NCBI RefSeq assembly: GCF_000150275.1
Contig: NW_002060945.1
Coordinates: 1,368,199-1,432,198 of the forward strand
Length of the DNA stretch: 64,000 bases
Source: Trichoplax adhaerens
Lineage: Eukaryota; Animalia; Placozoa
Direction of reading: 5' to 3'
The position numbers were made by a program, and so were the translations under genes. A model generated the notes under the pieces. The model worked only from the letters and a program-made list of their open reading frames with translations, had not been told where the DNA came from and searched no databases. Shown in pieces: positions 1-12,697 of the stretch; within the stretch, counting starts at the first letter, position 1, and every line of letters begins with the position of its first letter.

Positions 1-99
1 TTAATTTACGGCAGTCCTGCGTGCACAATAGTAATTTAAGGTTTCACAAATGGACTTGGTAAATATCAGACGTAGCAGTTTTTAAATTCTTCATCATTA

Positions 100-2780
100 A
101 AAATGAATTTAGTCGATCTTTTCTTGAAGCTGGTAACAATCAAATGATAATTATAGTTATACATACAGCTGATAACAATGAAGACTTTTTGAATCGATTT
201 AGTAATCCAATCAGTCTATTTTTTGTGCCCCTCTCACCATTAAAACGATTGCAATCTATCTCCTTTAACCTAGTAACAACTAAGTAATAATTTACACGTG
301 TATTGATCTTATACTAGTAAATATAGTAATACTATAATACGGTACTATTTTAAGGTCCCTGATAAATTAGTATAAAATATCTTCCGGTTAAATATCGTGG
401 TTAAAATGGATAAAGGCTGTTGGAGATCATTAGCATATAGCCTCTGATAACATATATAATTATCGACGTGGCAGTCTCTAATGTAACCCGAATTCATATT
501 CTAAATGATTAGGACTGTTCAATATTCCTTGGCGTTCTATGTGACGGCAATGCTTTGATTTCTTTTAGCTAATTTTGATTGAAAGAATGATTACTAATTA
601 ATGTAATCTTATAGCTTTGATGAGAAACTTTCTATAGTTCTTATTGCATTGCATATACGCCTATTTATCCATCAAGTACATGGAACGAAATTTGATTTGT
701 TTCGGTATTGGCAATGATTGATGGCAAAGATCACATTGTAATAGTTTAGCAGAAGTAATACGCAAAAATTGTATTTAGCATTAGCATTAGCTTGACTCCA
801 ACTTGTAACTTGGAATTACAGCTTAGATGCATTAGATTAATGAAATGTGGGTAGTTGAATTATTCGATCATTTAATGAAAGAAAAATTCTCTAGCTATTG
901 CAAATTCAGCGTCGAAATGGTATAATTTTCTACGTCCATTTCTTTTAATACAGATAGAAGGGATTAATTCTGGGTAATTTTACCTAAACTACTTGTATAC
1001 TCGTATGCCCACGTTTTAGCCATGTAATAGCATTATTTTGTAGAGGTTTTACAAATACCCAAAGGCCAAGCAATAATATTGATCCAGTTTTGTTATTGCT
1101 TAAGCTTGCTGACGGCTACGTATTCTATTAGAAATTGGACAACAAAAATGCGTGTCAAAAATAGCTTAAACCCACCATGCTGGAGGCCATTTTCATAACA
1201 AAAGCAACGAGATTATTTTAGCCATCATGGTTAATAATCGCTTAACTTTAATCGTATTGTTTTGACTTTAATTTATGTTTTATGCTCCATTGCACTATAA
1301 CGGCTGCTATTTCCTTCTCTTGTTATTCAATATACCAGTTTAGTCCTTACCTATTGAATAGATACGCTCATTTTATATGAAATAACTTCAATTGATAACC
1401 GCTGGATAAGCATATTATGCGAGTTATGCTGATGGCCGCTTTTGTCCTAATTTAACAAAGGTGGTGATGATTTGGGGGATAGAGATTTAATTTATTCAAT
1501 ACGACAACATGGCATTCAACTCTATGCTAATTTGCAATTGAATGTAAAGACCGATTTTTCTCTTCATAGAGAGGATAATCAATAAGATAATGTAGTCTAA
1601 TCATTATTACAGCAAGTAAATTCGTTAATAATGATAACATAAAAGACGTAGCATAAAATCATAGCCGCTATTGAAGCCTTTTAAATCGACCATCTTTTGG
1701 TCTATACAGCTTGGTCTTATCTCGAAGCTGCTATTTGCAAAACATAACGAAAAGGATTTAACTAGAATAAAAGATGGTTATTGGCTAATCAAAATTAGTT
1801 ATGTCTTATCGATTTAGCTTTAGTATCTTCAAGATAATTAGAGGATGCCCTGCAACATCACAAATTGCCGTCTTGAATAAATTACAATTCGATTAGTATT
1901 CATAGACCACCCAAATCATGTATTGAACGAGGAAATAAATAACAGTTACTAAAGCTTTCTACATCAATATGAATGGTCACAAAATAGCTAAAAATAACAA
2001 CATTAGCTATCTTCCGTACAGCAATCAAGGGAAAATTTAGAATTATACATAGCAATTAATATACAAATTGAGTAATAGGCAATAGTGTGCAAGATCTTTA
2101 GAATCTCCTTCTTCATTTTACGAATACTCTTTTAGAGTCAGTTTAATCTCTTCTACTGTCATATTCTTATCAATAATTAGTTTTAATGCAATTTCTATTA
2201 GCGATAGTAGTTTTTCAAGTTAACTACAAATTCTATACGACTTAACTACCTTTGTATCATTCTTGGTTCTATTTGAAAAAAAAAAATCGATAGTCAATAA
2301 AGAAAAAGAAGACACAGCAAAAGCTGTTGTTCTCAATAGAACTAAGCCGTATAAACTAATTATAGTATTAATATAGCACCTTCTGTGTATAAAAGCTATC
2401 ATAAATTGCGAAATTGGCTTATTTTTTCGTTTTGAAGTTTATTATCCAACAGTTTAAGATGAAGATTGTAAACTGATTTGATCCATTACAAACTAGAGAA
2501 GCCTCCCCTTAGATTCAGCCCTTAATTTAGAAAGTATAATCTAGACCACAGTCATTAATGATTGGTGATTTAATCTACTACGAAACTAGATTATTTTCTC
2601 AGTTTTTATTCTGTCTTATTAAGAATGTAGGCCATTTTAATTTAAGATTACTAAGGTAATATTTTGTAAAAGTTGGTCATTTTTGATTTTGATCCTAACT
2701 TTTCCCTGAAAGATAGCAATCCATCTATTTTCCATTATGATTATTAATAATTTGATGAGTTGGATGGATTTGTATTTTAG
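100..2780 (+). pseudogene. Possible decayed leucine-rich-repeat (LRR) gene remnant(s)
   Basis: Fragmentary + strand translations broken by stops and frameshifts: NLVDLFL/AGNNQM (~106-150), PLSPLKRLQSI (~228-260), IPW..CDGNAL (~520-560, LRRCT-like), NNNISYLP (1993-2016), ISFNAISISDSSFSS*LQIL (~2176-2235), DLIHYKLEKPP (~2475-2507). AT-rich DNA can mimic such motifs. Confidence 0.3.
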
Positions 2781-3758
2781 TAGTTATTGGAGATCATAAT
2801 TTAGATCTTGAATTAGAGGTAGATGACATACTGCGAAATATGAGCTGACAATAATAATGTATTAATAAACAAACACAAGTTATACAAGTGATTAATTAAC
2901 GTGAATTTTAGTATATACTTAAACATAATAATATGGCTACCTTGTCCTATGGCTACTTTATGTTATACCATTTTTAAATATCTATCTATGTGTTACTTTA
3001 TGAGTTCTTATTACGTCTTAAAAACAAAGAAATTGGCGCCGTACGGTAGTTTATGATTATTTTTATTGTACAGCCCTTCAGTTGCTGTGAAATAAAAGGC
3101 TAAGTATTTTTTACTTCCACGTATTGCCCCAAGGCAAATTTATCCTATCTTCTATATTTATATGCTTATTACTGTTTTTTCTTAATTTCACATGATATTT
3201 GTGTGAGATTAGCAGCAACAACAAGTAAATTTATTTAGTGACGGTAATTCTTGTATTGCCTAAATATTCAATTAAATCAGAGTACAATTTACACTCGACA
3301 GCAAACATTGCTTGAGTTAAATAATATGAATCCATCTTTAATTCATTGACTGCTATGATTCATATCGATTCAAGCTGATTATAAATCGAATGATTTAAAG
3401 ACTTTTACGGCAACAGCTATAACTCCATTTTCAGTTCGATTTCAATTATCATCTTTACTTGCTTAGTACAATATGAAGTTATATATAAATGTAGAATATT
3501 AATACAAACACAATAGATCATTCCAATCATAATCACATCTTGATATTAAATAAACATAATCGCTCATCTTTTGATGTTTTGTCAACATATTTGTCAATCA
3601 AAGTTGGCGTTTGTCCAGAAATTAAAAAAATTTGCTCGACTAATATTTTTTTCGATCAAATTAACTCACAACTTTGATCTATTTGCATTGATTAGGAAAG
3701 CCAACTACACCAAAAAATCAGAATTAATGAAGATCAAAAGCGTTACCTTTTGAATGCT

Positions 3759-6700
3759 ATGACACAAGGAACTCATGACCGGTAAGATCTATTTAATAAA
3801 AAGGCAATACGCATAGTTAGATATCAAAATTATAAAAGACCCATAATCTAGTCAAACTATAGCTTATCTTCTTACAAAGACTAATTCAAAGATTGCCATT
3901 AGGACAGCTTTTTGTGTGTCATGACAACTAATCTTCTATATTCTAATGATAAACGCCTAGCAATTCGCTGACTACTGAATTAAGGACCGTAGAAAATCAA
4001 TTAACTGAATTGTATAGTACTTTAGCTTCAACAGGATATCATTTACCAGCAGGTAAGCAATATTGCTAAATATCGGTAACATTGGGTATAGGATGGACTA
4101 TTTGATTAATTAAGAAATCCAAGTAGAAATACAAACACAAGTATCTGCATAGAATAATCGGCACGTATAGGTTAGACTTCTTTTGAGAAAGTACCGGGCG
4201 ATCAATCCTTGTTAAATCATGAAAGAAATGGCTATACAGTGAATGAAAATAGTTCAACTGCGTTCAGCACCAGTGATTTTTGAGACAAATAATTTGTACA
4301 TTTTACTTGCGCTATAGGCTAATATTACTCTCACTGTAATCTAGATTATAAATTCTTCGTATTGAGCTTTAAAACGTTAGCACGACTGATATAGTTTATT
4401 GCAGTTAAAAATTAGTTTTAAAGGATCCAAAAAACTAGTAAAAAGACAAAAAATAATAAATAATTGTAGCTTCTGCTAAAAACTAGTTTCTATAGGGATT
4501 TAACCGATATTGCTAATATAAAGAATTTTCGTTTAATTTTACTACTGTATTACATATTCAATTCTTTGCGGCAGTTCAAAGATTTGAAGACTTTTTTGAT
4601 TTCTATTTTATTCTAGCAGAGAATTCGAACGATTACATAAATAGTATGCAAGATACAACTTGGCAATATTCACACATTGATTCTGGGATGGTTTCTGCTG
4701 ACACGGTAGCAACACCTTCTGGACTCTATTATGAAGAAGAAATGAGTCCGGCCGCTGTTTTTACACCGACGCTTGAAACGTTGCCAACTCAAAATTCTGT
4801 TATAAGTAAGTTGTTCTTTATTTTCCTATCGTACCTAAATCTTTTCACACCGTAGTTATTAAAATGTGGCAGATTTTACTGAGCAAATTAAGATGGAAAG
4901 CACCTTAAAAAGCTTAAAACAGGAACAGTTTTCGCTTTTCTTACTTGACGAATCTAATCCACTATGTAACTGTAGTTTTTATGGCAACTGTTGTATCATG
5001 CAACAGAAGCCAAAAAGATTTAAGCTAGATACTCGTATAAGTATTTCTTGGCCTAAGCGGGTGGCAGAATTAATATCTCACTTTTAAGCTTATTCCTGAA
5101 ATTATTTTGTTGATTTTAGTTTCGTAGTAATTTTACTGTCTAGCGATATGATTTAAAAAATACAAGTAATCCAAAATTTATAGAATGTTTCTCACGAATA
5201 CTGTATATTCTTAGATGATTTTCCTGTATTGCACCCTTTTGCGTTTTACACGATCGCTTTATGCTTACTTCTTTCTCTCATTTTGCATATATAAAACATA
5301 AATACAGAGCATTAAAACCTTGTTCTTGTTAACTGTAATACCATCATATAGCATTATCTGGTAAAAACTAGAAAAAGAATTACTTATCCACGTTGATAAT
5401 TGCAGACTACTTTAGGGAATAGCTAAATAAAAATGTTATCCTGTACAGTAAAAACCCTGTTCCATTTAACTATAATACTATCTTATGAAATTATGATAAC
5501 CAGAAAGAGAATCACGCTTCTATTTTAAGAATTTCAGACTACGGTACATTTGGGAATAGCTAAATAAAAATATTATCTTAACCGAATTTAACTCTGTGAT
5601 ATACTAATCCTTCTCTATGGATTGGCTTAAATTATCAAGGCAATTCGAGCTTTAATAACAATAGAGGCTCCGTACGGACGCAAAGATTGCGAAATCAATT
5701 AATGCCAGACACTGATCAAGCTAGCCATGATAATACAATCCAAAATAATGGCGAATTCTCTCCTACGAGGCCATCAACTGTCCAAAGGCTGAATGAACCA
5801 TCTGCAGCATTAAGACAAGTTATTCACGATTTGATGAATTATCAGGTACAAAAATTTTATTCAATTGGAACGATGAGTAGACACTGTTTTAATTAGTCTT
5901 CAACACAGATAAGTGACTAATTAATTCTTTAGTATGATGTCTACCACGATATAGGAAATAATGATTTGGTTACTGGCAGTGTACCATAAACAGATGCTTA
6001 ATAGTTATACTTTATCTTATATTGATTAAGCGACTAGCAGTATACCCTAGATAGCTGTTTAAAAGCTATATTTCATCTTGCATTAATTTAGCGATTGGCG
6101 GTATACCGTAGCGATATAGCTGCTTAATGTCGCATTTTACCTTACGGAGATTTTGCAAAAGACAGCATAACGTTGATAGATGTTTAATAGATATATTTTA
6201 TCTTATATAGATTTAGCGACTAGCAAATGTACCGTAGATTGAATGCTTAATTGCTATATTTTATCTTATACAGATTTAGCAAGACAGCTGCTTAATAATT
6301 GTATTTACTTTATATAAACCTAGTGACTGACAGTAAAATACGTAAACGATTGTTTAATATTTCTATTTTATAATCTCCCATATAGGATGATAACGATTTA
6401 GCTACTCGCAGTATACCGGAGGCAATTAATTTGCTATCTCATGAAGATCCCATGACAGTGGTCCAGATTGCTAAATTTATCAATCATTTATCTAAAAAGG
6501 AAGCTAGCCTACATGCAATTATCTCTTCAACTCAATTATTGGCTTCTTTAATACATGCAACTCGACGTTTCTTTGAAAATATCGATCTAGTCAAATTGAC
6601 TGCTAGTACCTTGCACAATTTGTCATTACAGCAAAGTGGCCTGCATGCAATTGTTAAAGCAAGCAGTGTAACTATTCTATTAGAGATGGTTCGGTAAATG

Positions 6701-9700
6701 ACTAAATTGACTCCTATTCGATATAAAATAGTGCTGAAGCCTTAACACATTTAGCTTAAATTTATTTCTACAATCCATTTCTCTAACGTTTATAATCTCT
6801 TTTTTATTCCCTTCAAATCGTAGCTATTTATCGCAGCCAGTAATGTTCTATGCTATTACCACATTGCATAATTTGCTGCTGAATTATGCAGAAAGTCGAA
6901 TGGATATTTTCTTATCAAGAGGATTAGAAGTCATGATTCAATTATTGCCTTTTAATAACGTTAAATTTCAAGCCATCGTTGCCGATTGCATGTACATATT
7001 AGCCCACAGTCATCCAGATTGCAAGGTACTTTATTGCTATAGATAATACAAATGATAATTTTTGAAGCAATTCTAGACACAATGTGCGCTTTATATGCAT
7101 ATATAGCATTACTGCTCTTCATATATTTCTTGACAGAAATCCTAGACGATTTTTAAAGAGCAGATATCTCCGCGCTATTACAAAAGCATGCACTATATTA
7201 TTGCTCTTCTTGCTTATACAGCAGCTTAATCGTAAAAATTGCCTATATAGCTAGCGATTTCAATTAATTCGTTCAAAGTAGTCTTGTTTTTACTCGGAAT
7301 CCAAGTTGATCATTTATTTGGTTTACATAAATAAGCCATACTGTGCCTTATGTTCGTAGTCAATATTGTTGGTCTAAAAGCTTTGCACTCTTATTATTGC
7401 CATTTTTTTAACAGTTTTAAACTAGTCTCATTTAATTGAATCAATATATTAATACCTGATAAAAATTCTATTTCATAAACTCTTTTCTTGCTGTTATGCT
7501 TAATCCATTAGTCCGTTATTTACAACTCGGAAGGGCATATCATTTTGATTGATATCATCAGTAATTGCGATTACGAAAAACTACTTTGGACAGCTATTCG
7601 CGTCCTGAAATTATTATCCATTACTGCTTCTACTAAAGTAAACCTTATTAAAGTAAGTCACGTCTAGTTCCTTCGATTATCCTATGGGAAATCATGTAAT
7701 TTAAACTTATTGCATTGTATTCCTTTTGCATTATTGATTCTACTCAGGCTGGTGCTATGCAAGCTTTGGCTCGGCATTTAAATTCAGATAGCAATCGCAT
7801 AGTTATACATACTTTATGGACGATGAGAAATTTATCTGACGCAGCAACAAAAGTGGTAATGAATCTAGTAATTTAAATTTTGCGATAAGACTACCGTACC
7901 TTGTTGATCACACGCATTATCCTCCTTCGTACAAATTCTAAAGTTTCCGTATTTATATTTTAAGTTTCTTCAGCTTATGCAATAATAGAGAAGAATTCAA
8001 TATTTTGGATAGGAGTATTTATAGACATTGTAGCATGTTAAGAATGAACACTGTACAGTATAATTGAACACTAACTATATGACATTGTGAGAAATAGATT
8101 TCTTACACAACGATGTATTGTATAAATAAGATTGAACGCTAATCTACTTGATTACTTAATAGGAAAATACATATATTTTAAGTTCCATATGTAATAGTGA
8201 AGAGTTAGATATTTTGAATAGGAATATTTTTAGACATTGTTATATTTTGAAAAATTAACATTGTGCCGTACAGTACAGTGTAATTGATCATTAACAGTGC
8301 TACATTAGGAGAAATAGATTTATTGCACAACTAGGATCTGTGTCAATAAGATTGAATGCTAATCCACTTAATTATTCAATAGGAAAATATAAATAATGCA
8401 TTGGGAAGTCTAGTGCATCTGCTTAATTCCAATGAACCTTCAATAATTATGTGTATCGGTGGTATTATATCCAATCTAACATGTAACAACTCACAAAATA
8501 AGACTTACCTATGCAAAATTGGAGGAGTACAAGCGTTGTTAGATGTACTGTCAGCTTATAGTGATCGTGAAGACATCATTGAACCAGCGGTTAGTTTTCA
8601 ATGTTACTTGATCATGATGATAACCATAAATAATGACTTGAAATGAAATAGAAAGCAGTTTTTTTAATAACTTGTACCAATATCTCATTTCACTAATAGA
8701 ATAAACTATTTTAATTAGATCTGTGCTCTACGCCATTTAACCAATAAGCATCCGTATAGTGAGATTGCACAAAATAGTGTCCGAGATCATAAAGGCATTC
8801 CAATTGTAATAAATATCTTGAAGAATTGCAATAGTTTTGCAGTTCGTAAAGCTATCGTTGGCTTAATCCGCAACATTGCGCTGTGCCAATACAATATTCC
8901 TATCCTCTATGAATTCCATGGAATAAATAAATTAACTGACATTTTATTGGAAACATGTCAAGTTATGAATCAGAGATTAAGCAAACACTCAACAACTGAA
9001 ATCGATGGGATCCGATTAGAAGATATTATTGAGAGTACTGTAGGTGCTCTGCATGTTGTTTCTAGGCATCCTCAATACCGTGCATTATTAACTGATTCAA
9101 AGTGTATACGAATATTTACGCAGGTATTGATGATTACAAATAGCTTTGTTGAAAGCAATTTCAAGACCTATAATAGATATGCAAAGACCAAAATGTTTAA
9201 GTGATATTCATAAACTGAAGTCCTGTTTACATTTATTTTTCTTCAGCTTCTACGCTCCAATTCGAACAGCATCGTATGCGTTGCTACTGGCGTACTATCT
9301 GAATTAGCTCAAGATAAAGAAGGTGCTCGAGCTATGCATTATCTGGGAACTCCTCAAATTTTGCAAAATCTTGCTTCACACAGAGACGAAGCCATTGGTA
9401 AATACAATATGAAGTAGTTAATCTTCTATTTGTAAATTCTACTCCAGACAGCTATAATGGAATATTTTCACTAACTTACATTTTTTGATCGGCAACTCTA
9501 GCAACTTTTGCAACGTCGGCCCTATACCGCATGTCTGAAGATAGAGGGTCGATAAATCGTCGACAAGGACCTTCAATAGATCTTAATGGATCCTTTACAG
9601 GGTCATTATCGAGAAGTGAGGTAAAGTTTATCCTTTTATAAATTATGTAATGCAAAAGGCTAAAATACACATAACTTGAATTGACGCAGTATTCGATAAA

Positions 9701-10431
9701 TAGGCCATCGATTAAATTTCTTTATAATTACTCTTACCTTACATCATAAAATGCTTATTACTAGTAAATTAGTTCATTGATCAAGCAATAAATAAAATCT
9801 GAGATGATTGAGAAGAAATAGATTTGAATTAATTTTCGTCTTAGCTTTTGATTTTAAAATCTATTCTATGATAATTGTCGTGAAACATTTCAATATTCTA
9901 AACTTCGATTCTTTCTCCTACGAACAACTTCATAAAATGATGGTAAAATAGCGATTCGAATTAAATAACTCCATGAATTCTCGTTCACCAAGCTATCGTG
10001 AGGATGCTTATTCTCATCACAGCGGCATCATGAATATTAATGAAATGATGAATATGCAACCTGCTTTATCTAATGGAGGACAACAAGATATCAACATTAA
10101 CGTACCTGTATCAGATGCTGGAGGTATCAGTTCTCCGCATATTAATGGTATGTATGAACAAATACAAAATCTGAGTTTAGATGCTGGAAGCAATTATGAT
10201 GGCATCCCAGCAGAACAACAATCCATGCATTCCTATTATTCCAATCCTTCCCATCGAGGTCCAGTTAATCCTTCGATCCATTCCAACAACAGCGTGCAAC
10301 ACAATCCTCCGGAGAGTTATACTCCTACAAAATTCGCCACCGGAACAAACAATTCCAACTCTGTCGCATCATCAGCTCATCAAACACCAATATGGGACGA
10401 AAGTAATTCTTTCAGAATGGTTCAGGAATAG
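3759..10431 (+). CDS. CTNNB1: Beta-catenin (armadillo-repeat protein), 13 exons, about 857 aa
   Basis: Phase-consistent GT-AG exons: 3759-3781, 4018-4052, 4617-4805, 5640-5845, 6386-6693, 6824-7025, 7512-7652, 7748-7855, 8383-8589, 8719-9123, 9247-9397, 9502-9620, 9952-10431. Hallmarks: DSGMVS degron, [92 protein letters not shown]. The two small 5' exons are less certain. Confidence 0.95.
5315..5600. repeat. Degenerate direct duplication (about 140 bp unit) in a beta-catenin intron
   Basis: aaaacc(t/c)tgttc..ttaact(g/a)taatac and cagactac..gggaatagctaaataaaaat(g/a)ttatc each occur twice. Confidence 0.7.
5995..6360. repeat. Degenerate minisatellite (about 60 bp unit, about 6 copies) in a beta-catenin intron
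   Basis: Recurring tatattttatcttata..gatttagcgactagca..taccgtag..tgcttaat. Confidence 0.7.
8000..8392. repeat. Tandem duplication of about 210-220 bp that includes the 3' splice site of beta-catenin exon 9
   Basis: The two copies share tagacattgt, gagaaatagatt, aataagattgaa.gctaatc.actt and aataggaaaata. Confidence 0.75.
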
Positions 10432-11289
10432 TTAAGGAATCCTACCTGTTATTAAAGTCTGCATTCATCTAATTTGGCTTGATTTCTGTTCTATCCCTTC
10501 GTTTGTTGTAGTATTACAAACTTCTACATAAAGATTTTTATCAGCGTATACATTATTAACGTCAAGGCTAGAATGATAAAAGGTGGAACTTTTTTATTGA
10601 TCTATATTCCTCTAATACGCTGCTTTTTCGGTTTATACATTTCCGCTAAACGATTCAATCTCAGTTTTGGGCGAGATTTTTAAACTTCCAATTGTCTATT
10701 TCTATAAGCCTATATCCATCCAAAAGAATAATATCATGTATGAAATGAATTATCAACGACAATGTAGTCCTATCTTATTGGTCTTCAATCTCATTTCACT
10801 TGATGATTAAGATTTTCTATTAACTGGTGTGTTCTCTATCTGATAAGCTTCCAACGATAGAAGAATACCTTTCCCGTAAAAGCAGTTCTTACAGCGTCGT
10901 AGTTAATAACAGACTATTCTACCTTGTAGCCTGCCATGTAGTATTACAGGCAATAGTCACAAAATTTGGGATAGTCCAGTTGTTATGTAGCGATTGATAT
11001 TAAAATGTTTTTTCTTTTGTATGAACTGAATGAACGATAGTAAAAACGATATCCAATGTTGTTTTTATAATTATCTTTAGATTTTGTTATGACGGATATA
11101 GAAAAGCTTATCTTTACTCTAATCCTATTTCTTAAAATTGCTATGCCTGGTCGTGTGTTGCTATGATAATTACATCATTATAAATTAATCTAGTAGAATA
11201 AATATAGCAAAATAGAGATCTTCATTTGTATTAGCTGCTTTTTAAATCGGTATACTGAGTATGGTAGCAATCCTAATCATGCGACATTA

Positions 11290-11860
11290 AACGGTAGCTT
11301 AAATCTTTATCATTAGCTATCATTAGATTCAATTTGCACATATTTCCTGATCCTTATGCTAATTAAAAATTTGATTTAATGATCTTTTAGCTTTTACAAT
11401 TTTAGCTGTTAAAATTGTAATGAATTTATTAAAATTTGCTGTTGTGCAATGCTAGATTGGATATCTTGTTGTATAATATGGAATATAATATTATTTCTGT
11501 TTTTTCTTTATTTTTATCATCAATAGAATTGATTATAGTCCTTAATTATAAATTGATTTTAAAATTAAAAGCTCGTCGCTAATGATCTTCTAGTATTTTA
11601 AGCTAAGATAAAATTAGCCCGACGTTGAAAAATTTACGATGAAGATGCCCATCACTAATCGTAATGGACTAGATCATATGATGAACTGTTAAATATTCAA
11701 CGACTATTTTCAGTCGTTGTGATCTTTTAAGCTTTCAAAAATGAATATCGTACAATGTTGCCTGTTCAATACTTTGGTCAATGATTGGTTATAATCATAA
11801 CATTTTGCAGCCAGCGCTTTTCGAGTTATCGTTATAGTAAAATACTTTGTGCTAGTTTAG
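11290..11860 (+). pseudogene. Possible decayed LRR remnant
   Basis: LKSLSLA...FPD (~11298), IGYNHN and ASAFRVIVIVKYFVL (~11784-11860) in interrupted frames. Confidence 0.2.
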
Positions 11861-12697
11861 GTAAAGGAATTTTTATGACAATACTACGATATTTGGCTTT
11901 TTAACTTAGAGTATGTCAACTCTTATTTGAATTAATATTTAACATAATTATACAATTAATGGACAATTAATAAAAGTTTACGTGTAATTATTTCTTTATA
12001 AATAAAGCTACTTCGATATTTTAAATCAGAGTGGACTAATAATGATTTACTACGATAAGTGAAATAGTATCGTCTTGATTATTAATTCTTGCAGAGTGGT
12101 GTAAATTAGATATGATTCAAGAAATCTTAGGGATATGAATTGACATAATATTCTACCCTTGCTTATAGATTAAATCATGCATTCTATTATTAATGTTAGC
12201 GAAACTCTTTAAAGTCAGATCTTACACATTCGAAATTAATCAAGTCTCCCAGTGAAAATTAAACTTTCCACTATTCTAAAACGATAGTAGAACCAAATTA
12301 AACACGGAAGCATGAACTATTGGAAAGAGAAATTGATTATTTTATATGTATATTAGAAAGGAGAATACAAATATATAAGTATATGAATATAATTACAATG
12401 AAATACCGGCTCTCATGCTTGAATTTGATTCTATGCTATTGATAAGAATTACGCTAAATTTTGACAACTAATCAGTTCTTAAAAATAACTAGTACGGCAC
12501 CATACTATATTTTATGGCGTTGTCTAATAAAAATGAGGTATGAGTTGATTTATGAGACTTTAAATTCAATCAGAATGATTGATGCTAACAAAATGAGAAA
12601 CGATGATTTTAAGCTTATGACTAGCGATAAATTGGATAATATATTTAAGGTCATTTATAATTTAACATTAACAAATTTAGTGAAATGATATTTGGTT

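Noticed and set aside
3650-4585. TCF/LEF-like sites (CTTTGAT, TTCAAAG) near the beta-catenin start, suggesting autoregulation
   Set aside because: 7-mers of this composition are expected by chance in such AT-rich DNA.
12236-12316. Alternative last exon for saposin-like gene 1 (FMLPCLIWFY..)
   Set aside because: A closer exon at 12733-12698 (MNKQCHPLINL*) matches the last exons of paralogs 2 and 3 in length and sequence.
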